64,000 nucleotides of DNA. Source: Nitrospinales bacterium. Lineage in GTDB: Bacteria > Nitrospinota_A > UBA7883 > JACRGQ01. Shown piece by piece: positions 46,936 to 56,189 of this stretch. Location: positions 2,725 through 66,724 of the forward strand of contig JAHFEK010000006.1 of NCBI GenBank assembly GCA_023248495.1. Direction: 5' to 3'. The translations under genes and the position numbers were made by a program. The notes under the pieces are model-generated. The model ran no database searches. It was not told the origin of the DNA and was given only the letters and a program-made list of their open reading frames with translations. Each line of letters opens with the position of its first letter. Position 1 is the stretch's first letter.

Positions 46936-47691
46936 TTAGTGCTTGTGTTCGGCATGCCCCTCGTGGCCATCGCCCAGAAGCTTGGCCTGATCGGGGTGCT
47001 CACCCATCCATTCCACGTGGCCATCCACCAGGTCGTACACCGCGCCGACAACCTTAACTTTACCCGAAGCGACAAGGTGGCGGATCTCTTCACTGCGGGT
47101 AAGCATGTCGGATATCGATTGCAGCACGTTTTCGCTGATGGCGCGGTTAATCAGATCATCGCCTTCAAGACGCTTGTCCTTTGCGCGCTTGGCGGCGGGA
47201 ACGATATTATCAACCAATTGCGGAATGCTGCCGCCGACTTTATCCCCCTTAACCACGGCGGTGACGGCGCCGCACTTTTTGTGTCCCAACACCACAATAA
47301 GGGGGGTGCCGAGGTGCCCCGCGCCATATTCCACGGTGCCAATCTCATCGGTATCAGACACGTTGCCGGCCACGCGAATGACAAACAGATCGCCAATGCC
47401 GCGGTCGAATACCAGCTCGATAGGCGCGCGCGAATCGGAGCAGCCGAGAATGCTGGCGAAGGGATGCTGGCCGCCTTTGGTTTCATCACGGCGAGCCTGG
47501 GAAACGTTCGGGCTGGTCAACTTGCCCGACATGTAGCGGGCGTTGCCTTCCTTCAACATGGCAAGGGCCTGATCGGGTGTGGGACCGGCGGGCGTCGCCG
47601 CCGGTGCGGCTTCCTTACCGGCGGCAAAAACCGCCAGTGGCGAAAGGATAAACATAATGGCAAACGCGGCGGCAACCATGGACTTTTTCAT
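46936..47691 (-). CDS. Exported beta-class carbonic anhydrase
   Basis: Signal peptide (LAVFA), CSDSR, RVAGN and HKKCGAV zinc ligands; His-rich tail. Confidence 0.95.
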   Translation of the reverse strand: MKKSMVAAAFAIMFILSPLAVFAAGKEAAPAATPAGPTPDQALAMLKEGNARYMSGKLTSPNVSQARRDETKGGQHPFASILGCSDSRAPIELVFDRGIGDLFVIRVAGNVSDTDEIGTVEYGAGHLGTPLIVVLGHKKCGAVTAVVKGDKVGGSIPQLVDNIVPAAKRAKDKRLEGDDLINRAISENVLQSISDMLTRSEEIRHLVASGKVKVVGAVYDLVDGHVEWMGEHPDQAKLLGDGHEGHAEHKH

Positions 47692-47803
47692 TTATAACCA
47701 TCCTCCCAATAATAATTAACAGCATTTTTTAACAGGCCCTGAATTTATACATCAACGACGGAATGAATAACAATTTATTAATAAAAGGCGGCGGAAAATG
47801 ATG

Positions 47804-48895
47804 TTATTTCATTTCGGTGGTGGTGGAATAAAGCGGGATTTTCATTTCCGTTTTCGTTATCACCACCGGCTGGTAGGTCAGATAAGCCTCCGCGACAATC
47901 TTGACGATGTCCCTGGGCCGAACGCCGAAGCGGAATGTCTCTACCCGCGATTCCCCTGGCAGCAGCCTGTTGTCGCTTGAAATCTTTTTGCCATAGAGGA
48001 ACGCATCGCCGTCCGTCAGCATCTCTTCGCCTTTGTCGTTCATGATCCGCTTGCGGTACAGTTTCTTTTTCACTTCCACGACATTACCGGCGGCATCCAG
48101 CGCATGCACTTCCAGCACCAATGTCCGCGCCGGAGTGCCGGTGGGAATGGCGTGTCCGGCCCCCTCGTTCGTCAACAAGACGTCGGCCAACACGGCATCG
48201 TTCATCCGAACCGGCTCTTTCGTTTCCACCCGCACCGCCCCCAGCATTTTTTCCATGCTGTGGGCCAACGAGTGGTCATGGATGGAATCGCGCCCGTTTT
48301 CCTTTGCGCTCCGGCCGGGCATCTCGGCCATGTGGCAGTTTTGACAGTGCACACCGGACATCATGTATTGCGATTTGTTCCATTCATCATATGTATTCCC
48401 CACCTTTGTTCCGAGGCGGTTCGTGAAATCGTGGCAACCGGAACAGAGCCGCGCGGTGGCGAAGGCCTCGCTATAGGCGGTGCCGTGCTCTTTTGGGGCG
48501 CTTTCCTTCAGCGCGGAATGTTTCACATCGCCCGTCTTCAACACGAAGACACCATTTTTCACATCCGCCACGCTATGGCAAAAATCGCAGGTAATCCCCT
48601 CGCGGGTGATTTCTTCCTTCGCGGCATAGTCGCCGGTTATCCGCGTGGTGGGTGCGTGACAGGGAAGACAGATGCGCGCCGCCCCGCCTTCGGTCTCGGC
48701 ATATGCTTTTTGGTACGCGGCCTGGAATATCGGATTGTTATAGGAAAGGGCGTGAAGCGATTTTTTCCAATTGTCGTAGTGATCCTGGTGGCATGAACCG
48801 CAAACTTTGGCTGCATTAAAAGGGACGGGTGTTTTGGCGAAAGCGGTCAACGGAACCGCCAGAATGAAAAGCAAAAATATGATCCGCCGGTTCAT
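47804..48895 (-). CDS. Periplasmic pentaheme c-type cytochrome (c554-like N-domain plus beta-rich C-domain)
   Basis: Signal peptide; five CXXCH motifs (CGSCH, CLPCH, CDFCH, CSGCH, CQNCH); GHAIPTG motif. Confidence 0.9.
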   Translation of the reverse strand: MNRRIIFLLFILAVPLTAFAKTPVPFNAAKVCGSCHQDHYDNWKKSLHALSYNNPIFQAAYQKAYAETEGGAARICLPCHAPTTRITGDYAAKEEITREGITCDFCHSVADVKNGVFVLKTGDVKHSALKESAPKEHGTAYSEAFATARLCSGCHDFTNRLGTKVGNTYDEWNKSQYMMSGVHCQNCHMAEMPGRSAKENGRDSIHDHSLAHSMEKMLGAVRVETKEPVRMNDAVLADVLLTNEGAGHAIPTGTPARTLVLEVHALDAAGNVVEVKKKLYRKRIMNDKGEEMLTDGDAFLYGKKISSDNRLLPGESRVETFRFGVRPRDIVKIVAEAYLTYQPVVITKTEMKIPLYSTTTEMK

Positions 48896-49150
48896 CGCAG
48901 CCTCCCGCCAAGAAAAATGAACACCCTTGTGCTTATGAACTCATCATACCACGATTTTTTAATGGGCCTCCGCCAGCCAAGAGCAGGTCAGTTGCGGAAG
49001 GGTTTTTCCCTTGAATGACCATACGATTGCTTATCGCCACCCTCTGCCAAACCGATCGCAAGGCCGTACCGCGGTACTGTTATAAATATAATAATTTAGG
49101 CCCCAAATATCTTTCTGAGTGATAAAATGGCACTTGTAGGGAGGGAGAAG

Positions 49151-50380
49151 ATGTTACCGAATCTTCGATCCACTAATAACCTCATTGGTCTTGGCGCTAT
49201 TTTTCTAGTCTGCCTCTTTTCTAGCGGTGCGGGAGCCGCGTCCTTTTCCCTCAAATCTTCCTCGCAATTCCTTTGGGGTGAAAACTGGCTGGGAGAAAAC
49301 GATCCGGTCGTGGCCGAATACCTCAAATTTAAATATGATGGCGAATCTAAAATGCGGTTTACCGGCTATGGCAGGGCATCGAAATCCTTCGGCGCTGGAA
49401 CTCTGCGCGATACCGCCACCCAGGGCCGCCTTTATTACGGCTATCTCGACTATTGGGGGATCGATTCTTTTTCACTGCGGGCGGGCCGGCAGTATGCCAG
49501 CTATTCCGCCGGCGGCATGGTTCTTGACGGGCTGACCGCCGACTTTCGCAACCTTTCATCCTATGCCGGGATGGCGTTGTCGGCCGGCAGCGATGTGCAA
49601 ATGCCGGTTAACTCCGATTATTCCACCGATCAAAAAACGGCGCTGGCCGCCAGCGTCTACCTGAAGAACACCGGCCTCACCGAAGCCGACCTCAGTTATG
49701 TGCGCAAATACGACGGGAAAAGCGCCGCGCGTGAAACGGTGGGCATGAATGTGGCCTCCTCGTTTCGACTGGTAAAACCGTATGCACGAGCCGCCTACAA
49801 CAATCTCACGGAATCGTTCGACACCATCATAGCCGGCCTTGATATCTTTCCCACCGCGCGCCTGGCGGTGCGGGGGGAATACTACCAAGCGTATCCCACA
49901 TTCGACGCAAGTTCCATCTACAGCGTTTTCGCGGTGGACCGCTATAGCGAATATCTTTTGAAAGCGGCGTATGACGTGACAACGCGTTTCACCGGCTTCG
50001 CCGCGTACAAGCGGCAGGCGTACGAGGAGAACGACACCGCCGACGTCATTTCGTTGGGAGGAACGTACCTGCCCTCGGATAACGCGTGGATGAATGTGAC
50101 GGTGGATAACCGGCAGGGCCGGGGGGGCCGCCTGTGGGGAGGCCAAATCTACGGTGATTATGGCATTTCCGGCGACCTCAAGCTTTCGTCCGGCATCCAG
50201 CGCGACATGTATCAGCGCGTGGAAACGGTGGACACCTGGGCCAATGCCTCCCGCTACTGGCTGGGAATCAAGTACCGGATCAAGGAAGAGAGCCAAGTGA
50301 CGGTGCGGGTGGAGGAAAACGTAAACGAAAATTTCAACCACCGGCTTGTGGGGAGGGCAACCTTTGATATCAGCTTCTGA
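49151..50380 (+). CDS. Outer-membrane beta-barrel porin of a porin-cytochrome complex (OmbB/ExtB-like)
   Basis: Signal peptide, aromatic-rich alternating beta strands and C-terminal Phe (ATFDISF); lies directly upstream of two multiheme cytochromes. Confidence 0.8.
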   Translation: MLPNLRSTNNLIGLGAIFLVCLFSSGAGAASFSLKSSSQFLWGENWLGENDPVVAEYLKFKYDGESKMRFTGYGRASKSFGAGTLRDTATQGRLYYGYLDYWGIDSFSLRAGRQYASYSAGGMVLDGLTADFRNLSSYAGMALSAGSDVQMPVNSDYSTDQKTALAASVYLKNTGLTEADLSYVRKYDGKSAARETVGMNVASSFRLVKPYARAAYNNLTESFDTIIAGLDIFPTARLAVRGEYYQAYPTFDASSIYSVFAVDRYSEYLLKAAYDVTTRFTGFAAYKRQAYEENDTADVISLGGTYLPSDNAWMNVTVDNRQGRGGRLWGGQIYGDYGISGDLKLSSGIQRDMYQRVETVDTWANASRYWLGIKYRIKEESQVTVRVEENVNENFNHRLVGRATFDISF

Positions 50381-51152
50381 ACGCGTTGCGCGCATCACGG
50401 CGCTGTCCCTGTTGATAACGGGAATCTTTTGCCTGTACGCGGGCGGCGCCGGGGCTTTTGCCCACAAGAAATATGCCACGGAGCCGCGCGATGTCTGCAA
50501 CGAATGCCACAAAGACATGAATGTGGCCCAAAATCACGGGCCGCTCTGGACCACCGAACACCGGACCTATACGTTGAAAACCGACACCAACTGCAAGACC
50601 TGCCATGAACAGGCTTTCTGCACCGATTGCCACTATGGCGGCGGAATCGGCGCCGACCTGCACGCAAGCACCAGCGGCCCGGATTACTTGCCCAAATCGC
50701 ATCGATCCGATTTCCGCGAACTCCACCCGCTCAAAGCAAAGGACGATCCCCCTTCCTGCCAACGGTGTCACGACAACGAGCGGTTCTGCGCCGATTGCCA
50801 TGCCCGGTTCAACAAAGATGAATTGATGGGCGCTTCGCACCGGAAGGGTTTTTCAGAGCTTGAGGTTCAAGCGGGAGGGGTCAAGCACAGTTCGTTCACC
50901 AGCGGACAATGTATACAGTGCCACCCCAATAGCCTGTTGCCGAAGCACGAGTGGTCCGCGCAACACGCGCGCGAAGCGCGGCAAGACCTCGCTTCGTGTC
51001 AATCGTGTCATACCGATGGCGACGTCTGCCTGAAATGCCACGCCGCCACCAATGGCTTAAAACGCAACCCGCATCCGAAAGATTGGGCGAAGATCGCGGA
51101 CAAGATGCGCACCGCCAGCGGGGGCAAAACATGTGACCGGTGTCATCCTTAA
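50364..51152 (+). CDS. Periplasmic nonaheme c-type cytochrome (OmaB-like position)
   Basis: TTG at 50364 after GGAGG; signal peptide (AGAFA); nine CXXCH motifs. Confidence 0.9.
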   Translation: MISASERVARITALSLLITGIFCLYAGGAGAFAHKKYATEPRDVCNECHKDMNVAQNHGPLWTTEHRTYTLKTDTNCKTCHEQAFCTDCHYGGGIGADLHASTSGPDYLPKSHRSDFRELHPLKAKDDPPSCQRCHDNERFCADCHARFNKDELMGASHRKGFSELEVQAGGVKHSSFTSGQCIQCHPNSLLPKHEWSAQHAREARQDLASCQSCHTDGDVCLKCHAATNGLKRNPHPKDWAKIADKMRTASGGKTCDRCHP

Positions 51153-51170
51153 AGCATGGAAGGGGTTGTT

Positions 51171-53525
51171 ATGAACAGGCATATGAAACGGGTGGCGGTT
51201 ATGCTCATGGCGGCCGCGGTGCTGCTTTTGTTCGCGGCATGCGGCGATGGCAAAAAGGGAAGTTCGGGAATGGGCAGCGGCATGGGAGTTACCGCGATCG
51301 GCACTACAACCTGTTTCAAGTGCCATGCGGATAATAACAATCCCGCCGGGCTTAAAAAGCCTTTCGGTGACACTCAAGCGGTTGCGGCCAATGGCTTGGG
51401 ATGGCTGAATTCGCGCCACGCGAACAAAATCGGCGGGCCAAAATATGCCGATGCTGATTGGGTCTCCTCCTGCGCCTCTTGCCATGATCCAAACCATGAA
51501 GGTTCGGAAATTGCCAGTTTCTATTTTGACACCGGACTGAATACATTCGGCACCACCAACCGGCCGATTACCGGGTGCGAGTCGTGCCACGGCAATGGCG
51601 GCAATCATTATGGCGTGGGTCCGCTGGAATATAACAATCCCGGTGCCGCCCGCTGTGCCCTTTGCCACGGCGCTTCTTTTCCACATTCCGCTCTCGCCCG
51701 TTATAAGGAGAAGCTCGATATTTATGCCGACTACCTGGGTTCCGCTCACGCGGGATCGCGAAACGCCAACGTGCTGGTTACCGGCACGCCCGCCAATGTC
51801 ACCGCCATCTGCTCACGCTGCCATACCGATGAAGGCGCGAGACGTTACATTAATACTTACGATGGCTCCTCCGGCGGCCAATCCAGCTATGCCGGTGCGG
51901 TCAACGCCCTCGAAGCCGCGGCCAGCATCAACGGCGCGTCGGCCATTGAATGCAAAACCTGCCATGACGCGCACAATCCAAACCGGTTCCTGGCTGAGAA
52001 CGGCCCGGCGGGCGCGGCATTAACGAATATCACCACCGGCGCGTGGTCGGCGGAATTCGCCACCTGCAACACCTGCCATCAATTGCTTAATGCCGACGGC
52101 ACAAAAAACACCGCGGGCTACCATAATCCAGCGGTGAACACCGCGGCCGCCGCCGATAGCAGCCAGATCATCACCGATACGCACTTTGCCACGAAAGGGA
52201 GCTGGACCGGCGCCGGCGGCGTCAATATAAACGCTATTGCCGGCTACTACATCGATTTCGCGGATAAGCGCGCCTGCACCAACTGCCACAATCCCCACCA
52301 AGCCAACGTGACCATCAACCGGCAATGGCACGCCTCGAAACACGGCGGCGATTTCACCGCCGCCGGGGCGTGGGCGCACTACGACTGGAAGGCAAGCAAC
52401 CGGCAGGCCTGCCAACGGTGCCATACCACCAGCGGCGCGGTCACGTACCTTGATACCCTGATCGCGGGTGGAACCTACGGCACCGGAAACATCGCGGCCA
52501 CGGCCAATAGCACCGCGCCGGAAATGTTGCAATGCCAAGGCTGTCACACCGACAACAAAGGGACGCTGCGCAATCCCGGCGCTCTCACGGTGACGTATTA
52601 CGGCGATGCCCAAGCGCTGGCCGATTTCGTTACCACCGCCGCGGTGCCGGTTACCTATCCCGACCTGGCCGGATCGAACATCTGCCTATCGTGTCACGTT
52701 GGCCGTGAAAGCGGTTCCAGCATAAAAGCCTCCACGAAGGCCTTCACCAACGGCACCAGTTTCATAAATTCCCACTATTTGAGCGCCGGTGGCACGGTCT
52801 TCGCCCAAACGGGGTATACCTACTACACCGCCACCGCCACTTCCGATCCGTACGCCAACCCCAGCTTCTATAAGCACGACACGATAGGGTTGGCGGCCAG
52901 CAAGAACATCGGCGGCAGCAACGGCCCCTGCGTTGGCTGCCACATGACTTCCACGGCGGATGCCGCCACCAACTATGGCTCGCACCGTTTCCTCCCGGTG
53001 CAAAAAGATTCCGCCGGCGCCATCACCGCGATGACAACCACCGTCTGTGCCAACTGCCATGCCGGCAAGTACAGCATGACCCCCGCCGAGTTGGAGCACC
53101 AGATGACCCTTTTCAACGCGGGCATTGGCGTGCTTAAAGATATGCTTGCCAATAGCGGGTTTTACTTCGTCAACACTTCGCCGTATTTTTACACCACCGC
53201 CGCGGGAACAGCCGCGCAAACCGTGTGGGGAAGCAGCAAGGCCGTCGGCCAGCAGAATATGGGGGCCGCGTTCAACTACAACCTGCTGGAGCATGACCCG
53301 GGGGCGTACGCCCACAACCGTTATTACGCCAAACGGCTGATCTACGATTCCATCGACTGGCTGGATGACAAAACGATGAACCACAGCGTGCCGGGCACGT
53401 TGGATGGAATCGCCGCTTCATCCAGTTACAGCAGGGCGGATGCCATTGCGTACCTTATCGACAGCGCATCGGCAACCGACCCGTTGACCGGCGTCGGCGC
53501 GGCGCAGACCGGCGGCAGGCCGTAA
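51171..53525 (+). CDS. Outer-membrane lipoprotein multiheme cytochrome, 13 hemes (OmcB/OmcC-like)
   Basis: Lipobox LLFAA-C and 13 CXXCH motifs. The C-terminal FNYNLLEHDPGAYAHNRYYAKRLIYDSIDWLDD is recalled as typical of Geobacter OmcB-family proteins. Confidence 0.88.
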   Translation: MNRHMKRVAVMLMAAAVLLLFAACGDGKKGSSGMGSGMGVTAIGTTTCFKCHADNNNPAGLKKPFGDTQAVAANGLGWLNSRHANKIGGPKYADADWVSSCASCHDPNHEGSEIASFYFDTGLNTFGTTNRPITGCESCHGNGGNHYGVGPLEYNNPGAARCALCHGASFPHSALARYKEKLDIYADYLGSAHAGSRNANVLVTGTPANVTAICSRCHTDEGARRYINTYDGSSGGQSSYAGAVNALEAAASINGASAIECKTCHDAHNPNRFLAENGPAGAALTNITTGAWSAEFATCNTCHQLLNADGTKNTAGYHNPAVNTAAAADSSQIITDTHFATKGSWTGAGGVNINAIAGYYIDFADKRACTNCHNPHQANVTINRQWHASKHGGDFTAAGAWAHYDWKASNRQACQRCHTTSGAVTYLDTLIAGGTYGTGNIAATANSTAPEMLQCQGCHTDNKGTLRNPGALTVTYYGDAQALADFVTTAAVPVTYPDLAGSNICLSCHVGRESGSSIKASTKAFTNGTSFINSHYLSAGGTVFAQTGYTYYTATATSDPYANPSFYKHDTIGLAASKNIGGSNGPCVGCHMTSTADAATNYGSHRFLPVQKDSAGAITAMTTTVCANCHAGKYSMTPAELEHQMTLFNAGIGVLKDMLANSGFYFVNTSPYFYTTAAGTAAQTVWGSSKAVGQQNMGAAFNYNLLEHDPGAYAHNRYYAKRLIYDSIDWLDDKTMNHSVPGTLDGIAASSSYSRADAIAYLIDSASATDPLTGVGAAQTGGRP

Positions 53526-53576
53526 ACGAACGATGAAGCGCCAGCGGAAGGGCTTTTACTTTAAGGGAGGTGGAAG

Positions 53577-53963
53577 ATGAGCGAAATCATGGGACGAAAA
53601 GGGATAAGCCGGCTTTTGCCGCTGGCTCTGCTGACCGCCGTTCTCTTCACCGTCAGCCCCGTCATCGCCGAGGAGGATGAAGATGAAAAACCGCCGGCCG
53701 ACTTTGTGATGAAAGACACCGGCGAGAGCGACTGGGTCATGTTGAGCCATGCGAAACACGAGAAAAAAGTTCCTAAATGCACCTCCTGCCACCCGAAAGT
53801 TTTCTCGTCCAAAATGGGGCGGACCAAGGAAACGAAGGGTGAACTGAAAATGACCGCGATGGAAAAAGGTGAATTCTGCGGCGCGTGCCACAACGGCAAA
53901 GATAATTTCGACGTTAAGGTGAAAGATGATTGCATAAAGTGCCACAGCGTTAAAAAGGAATAG
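53577..53963 (+). CDS. Periplasmic triheme c7-type cytochrome (PpcA-like)
   Basis: Signal peptide, HAKH distal ligands and three CXXCH motifs (CTSCH, CGACH, CIKCH). Confidence 0.85.
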   Translation: MSEIMGRKGISRLLPLALLTAVLFTVSPVIAEEDEDEKPPADFVMKDTGESDWVMLSHAKHEKKVPKCTSCHPKVFSSKMGRTKETKGELKMTAMEKGEFCGACHNGKDNFDVKVKDDCIKCHSVKKE

Positions 53964-53965
53964 CT

Positions 53966-55951
53966 TTATTGCGCCGCGGAAACGCCCGGCGGCGGGGCGA
54001 TGCCGTCAAGTTTCTTTTTCAACTCCTTGGCGGCGCGTTTGATCGGCTTTGGATTATGCATGCCGTGGCTGCCGTCGTTTACGATCCCCAGGACAAATGT
54101 CCGGGCGTTGTCCACGGCGGCTTTCTGCTCCGCCGATAGATTCATTTTCACGGCGCGGGTGATGCCGGCGTTCAAATCATCGATGAGGGCGTCGGTGTCT
54201 TTCACGCCTTTTCTCATTTTTTCCGCGTAGACGGGATCCTTGTGACAGGCGGCGCAATCCTCCGGCGTCACCTCTTTGCCGTTCATCTGGTGGCACTTGG
54301 TGCACGGGAAATCAAGGCTCTTCATGCTCGGCTCATCCACCGCGTTCCAGCGCCCCTGAATGATGTCGTTTTGCGGCGTATGGCACTCTTCGCACTTCTT
54401 CGTAATTTTTTGCTTGTGGTGGCACGGGGCGCATCCCGCTTTGTCGATGGTCAGCTCGGCATGTTTCACGGCGATGCTGTGGCACCGTTGACATTCAAAT
54501 TTACCGCCGGTATGGGTCTTGTGATTGAACGGGAGACCGGCATAGAGCGGCGCCACTTTGTCCAGATAGAAGTGGCAGGTGAGGCAATCGGCGTTAGGTT
54601 TTCGTTCCTTCATGCCGGCGCGCGGCAGGATTAGGGAAATCTTGCCTTGTTTGCCGATGTTCGCGAGGGTGGCCCGCGCCGCTTCCAGAATCTCGTTCGC
54701 ATAACGGACGTTATGCACGATGTTGCCGCGCGCGACGATGGCCAGATTCCCGCGCACGGCGGCCACTTCCGCTTTTGCCCCTTTACCGGCGAGATGCCCC
54801 TCCAGCGCCGCCGCCGCATTGTTGAGCGCGACGACCCGCTCTTCAGCGTCGTGTTGCCATGTTTTTATAAGCTTGTTAAACCCCCGCCCGTGGCAGGTAT
54901 CGCAGCTTTTACCGCTGGCATAGTAAGTGCCGGGGCCTTTTTCCCCCGCCGCTGTCAGACCATGGGAAATGTGGCAGCCCCGGCAGTTCAGCCCAATCTC
55001 GTACATCCGGTTCGGCAGGGGGGGTACGCCGCTGGCCCCCTCGCCGGTGAATAGGGTGATCGTGGCGTTATGGTGCCGCGGGTGGCAGGTTTGGCAATCC
55101 GCCACCGTTGTGGCGTCGCCGGGGCGGAGCTTGTGTTCAATGGCGAGATGGCACCGCTGGCATTCGATTTTGTTTTCGGAAATATGCTTTGCGTGCATAA
55201 GGCTGGTGTTTTTGAATTGGCCGAGCCGTTCGTTATCCCAGTGGCACGCGAAACAGTTTTGCTTGGCAACGGGGCCGGTTCCCTGCACGGTGTGGCTGTG
55301 GCAGGTCTGGCAGGCCAGTTTCTCGCGCAGCACGATGCTATGGTCATAGCGAAGCTCGCCGGCCTTTGAGCGGCGCAGCATCACGTCGCGGTCGTGACAA
55401 ACGGTGCATTCGGCCTGTTTCGGCGTGACGCCCCCCTCTCCCGCTTTAAAGTGGCAAAGGTAACAGGCGGTCGCCGTGACGGTTATATGCAGCCCCTGCA
55501 CAATCTGCGAGTGGCAACTGGTGCAGCGGAGCTTTTTGCCCCCCTTCAAATCTCCCAAGTGCGGCGTGTGGTCGAATACTACCCCTTCTTTAAAGTTCAC
55601 CCTCCCCCGAAGGAGGCGTGTTTCGTGACAGCCGGTCCGGAGGCAGCTTTCATCCGGGATCTCGGCCCACGGACGTGATTTTTTATATGTACGCGAAGTG
55701 TATTTCACCAATTGCACCAAGCCGTTCAGTTTGCCGGCGATGGCCCCTTTGAGACCCGGGGCGAAGTGGCATTCGATGCATTCGACCTTATTGTGCGATG
55801 AATTCCGCCAACTGTCGTAAAACGGCTGCATGTAGTGGCATGTAACGCAAAAACCGGAACGGGACGTGAACATGGCCGTGCCAGCCGTGAGAATCGCAAG
55901 TCCGACGAGCGAAAGGACGGCTATGGTGAGCGCCCTTTTGAGCTTACCCAT
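53966..55951 (-). CDS. Membrane-anchored NapC/NirT(NrfH)-type multiheme cytochrome with long polyheme extension
   Basis: N-terminal TM segment followed by TSRSGFCVTCHYM..YDSWRNSSH..VECIECH (NapC/NirT pattern); 17 CXXCH motifs plus one CX4CH. Confidence 0.88.
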   Translation of the reverse strand: MGKLKRALTIAVLSLVGLAILTAGTAMFTSRSGFCVTCHYMQPFYDSWRNSSHNKVECIECHFAPGLKGAIAGKLNGLVQLVKYTSRTYKKSRPWAEIPDESCLRTGCHETRLLRGRVNFKEGVVFDHTPHLGDLKGGKKLRCTSCHSQIVQGLHITVTATACYLCHFKAGEGGVTPKQAECTVCHDRDVMLRRSKAGELRYDHSIVLREKLACQTCHSHTVQGTGPVAKQNCFACHWDNERLGQFKNTSLMHAKHISENKIECQRCHLAIEHKLRPGDATTVADCQTCHPRHHNATITLFTGEGASGVPPLPNRMYEIGLNCRGCHISHGLTAAGEKGPGTYYASGKSCDTCHGRGFNKLIKTWQHDAEERVVALNNAAAALEGHLAGKGAKAEVAAVRGNLAIVARGNIVHNVRYANEILEAARATLANIGKQGKISLILPRAGMKERKPNADCLTCHFYLDKVAPLYAGLPFNHKTHTGGKFECQRCHSIAVKHAELTIDKAGCAPCHHKQKITKKCEECHTPQNDIIQGRWNAVDEPSMKSLDFPCTKCHQMNGKEVTPEDCAACHKDPVYAEKMRKGVKDTDALIDDLNAGITRAVKMNLSAEQKAAVDNARTFVLGIVNDGSHGMHNPKPIKRAAKELKKKLDGIAPPPGVSAAQ

Positions 55952-56098
55952 ATGATTTATTAAACCTTCCCCGTGATGCTTTTATTATACCATCCCGCGC
56001 GAAACGCCTAATGCATTATTGAAACCGGGGGTAAACCAAAATGTGCGTATGGAAGATCATCACTGGCAAATGGAAGTAGGACGCGAAGTGTAAACTCC

Positions 56099-56154
56099 GC
56101 GAAGAATCCCTTTCCGGAAAGGGATTCTTCGTCGCCCTGCTCCTCAGAATGACA
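56099..56154. repeat. REP-like palindromic repeat, copy C
   Basis: Perfect 32-bp palindrome CGAAGAATCCCTTTCC/GGAAAGGGATTCTTCG (56100-56131) followed by TCGCCCTGCTCCTCAGAATGACA. Confidence 0.75.
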
Positions 56155-56189
56155 TGCATGTGCAGTTTTTCAACATCCTGCTAAATGCA

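Noticed and set aside
56064-56092. GGCAAA...GGACGCGAAG resembling a c-di-GMP-I riboswitch next to the cytochrome locus
   Set aside because: The P2 stem with GNRA loop and the P3 receptor cannot be formed, and the orientation does not lead into a gene.
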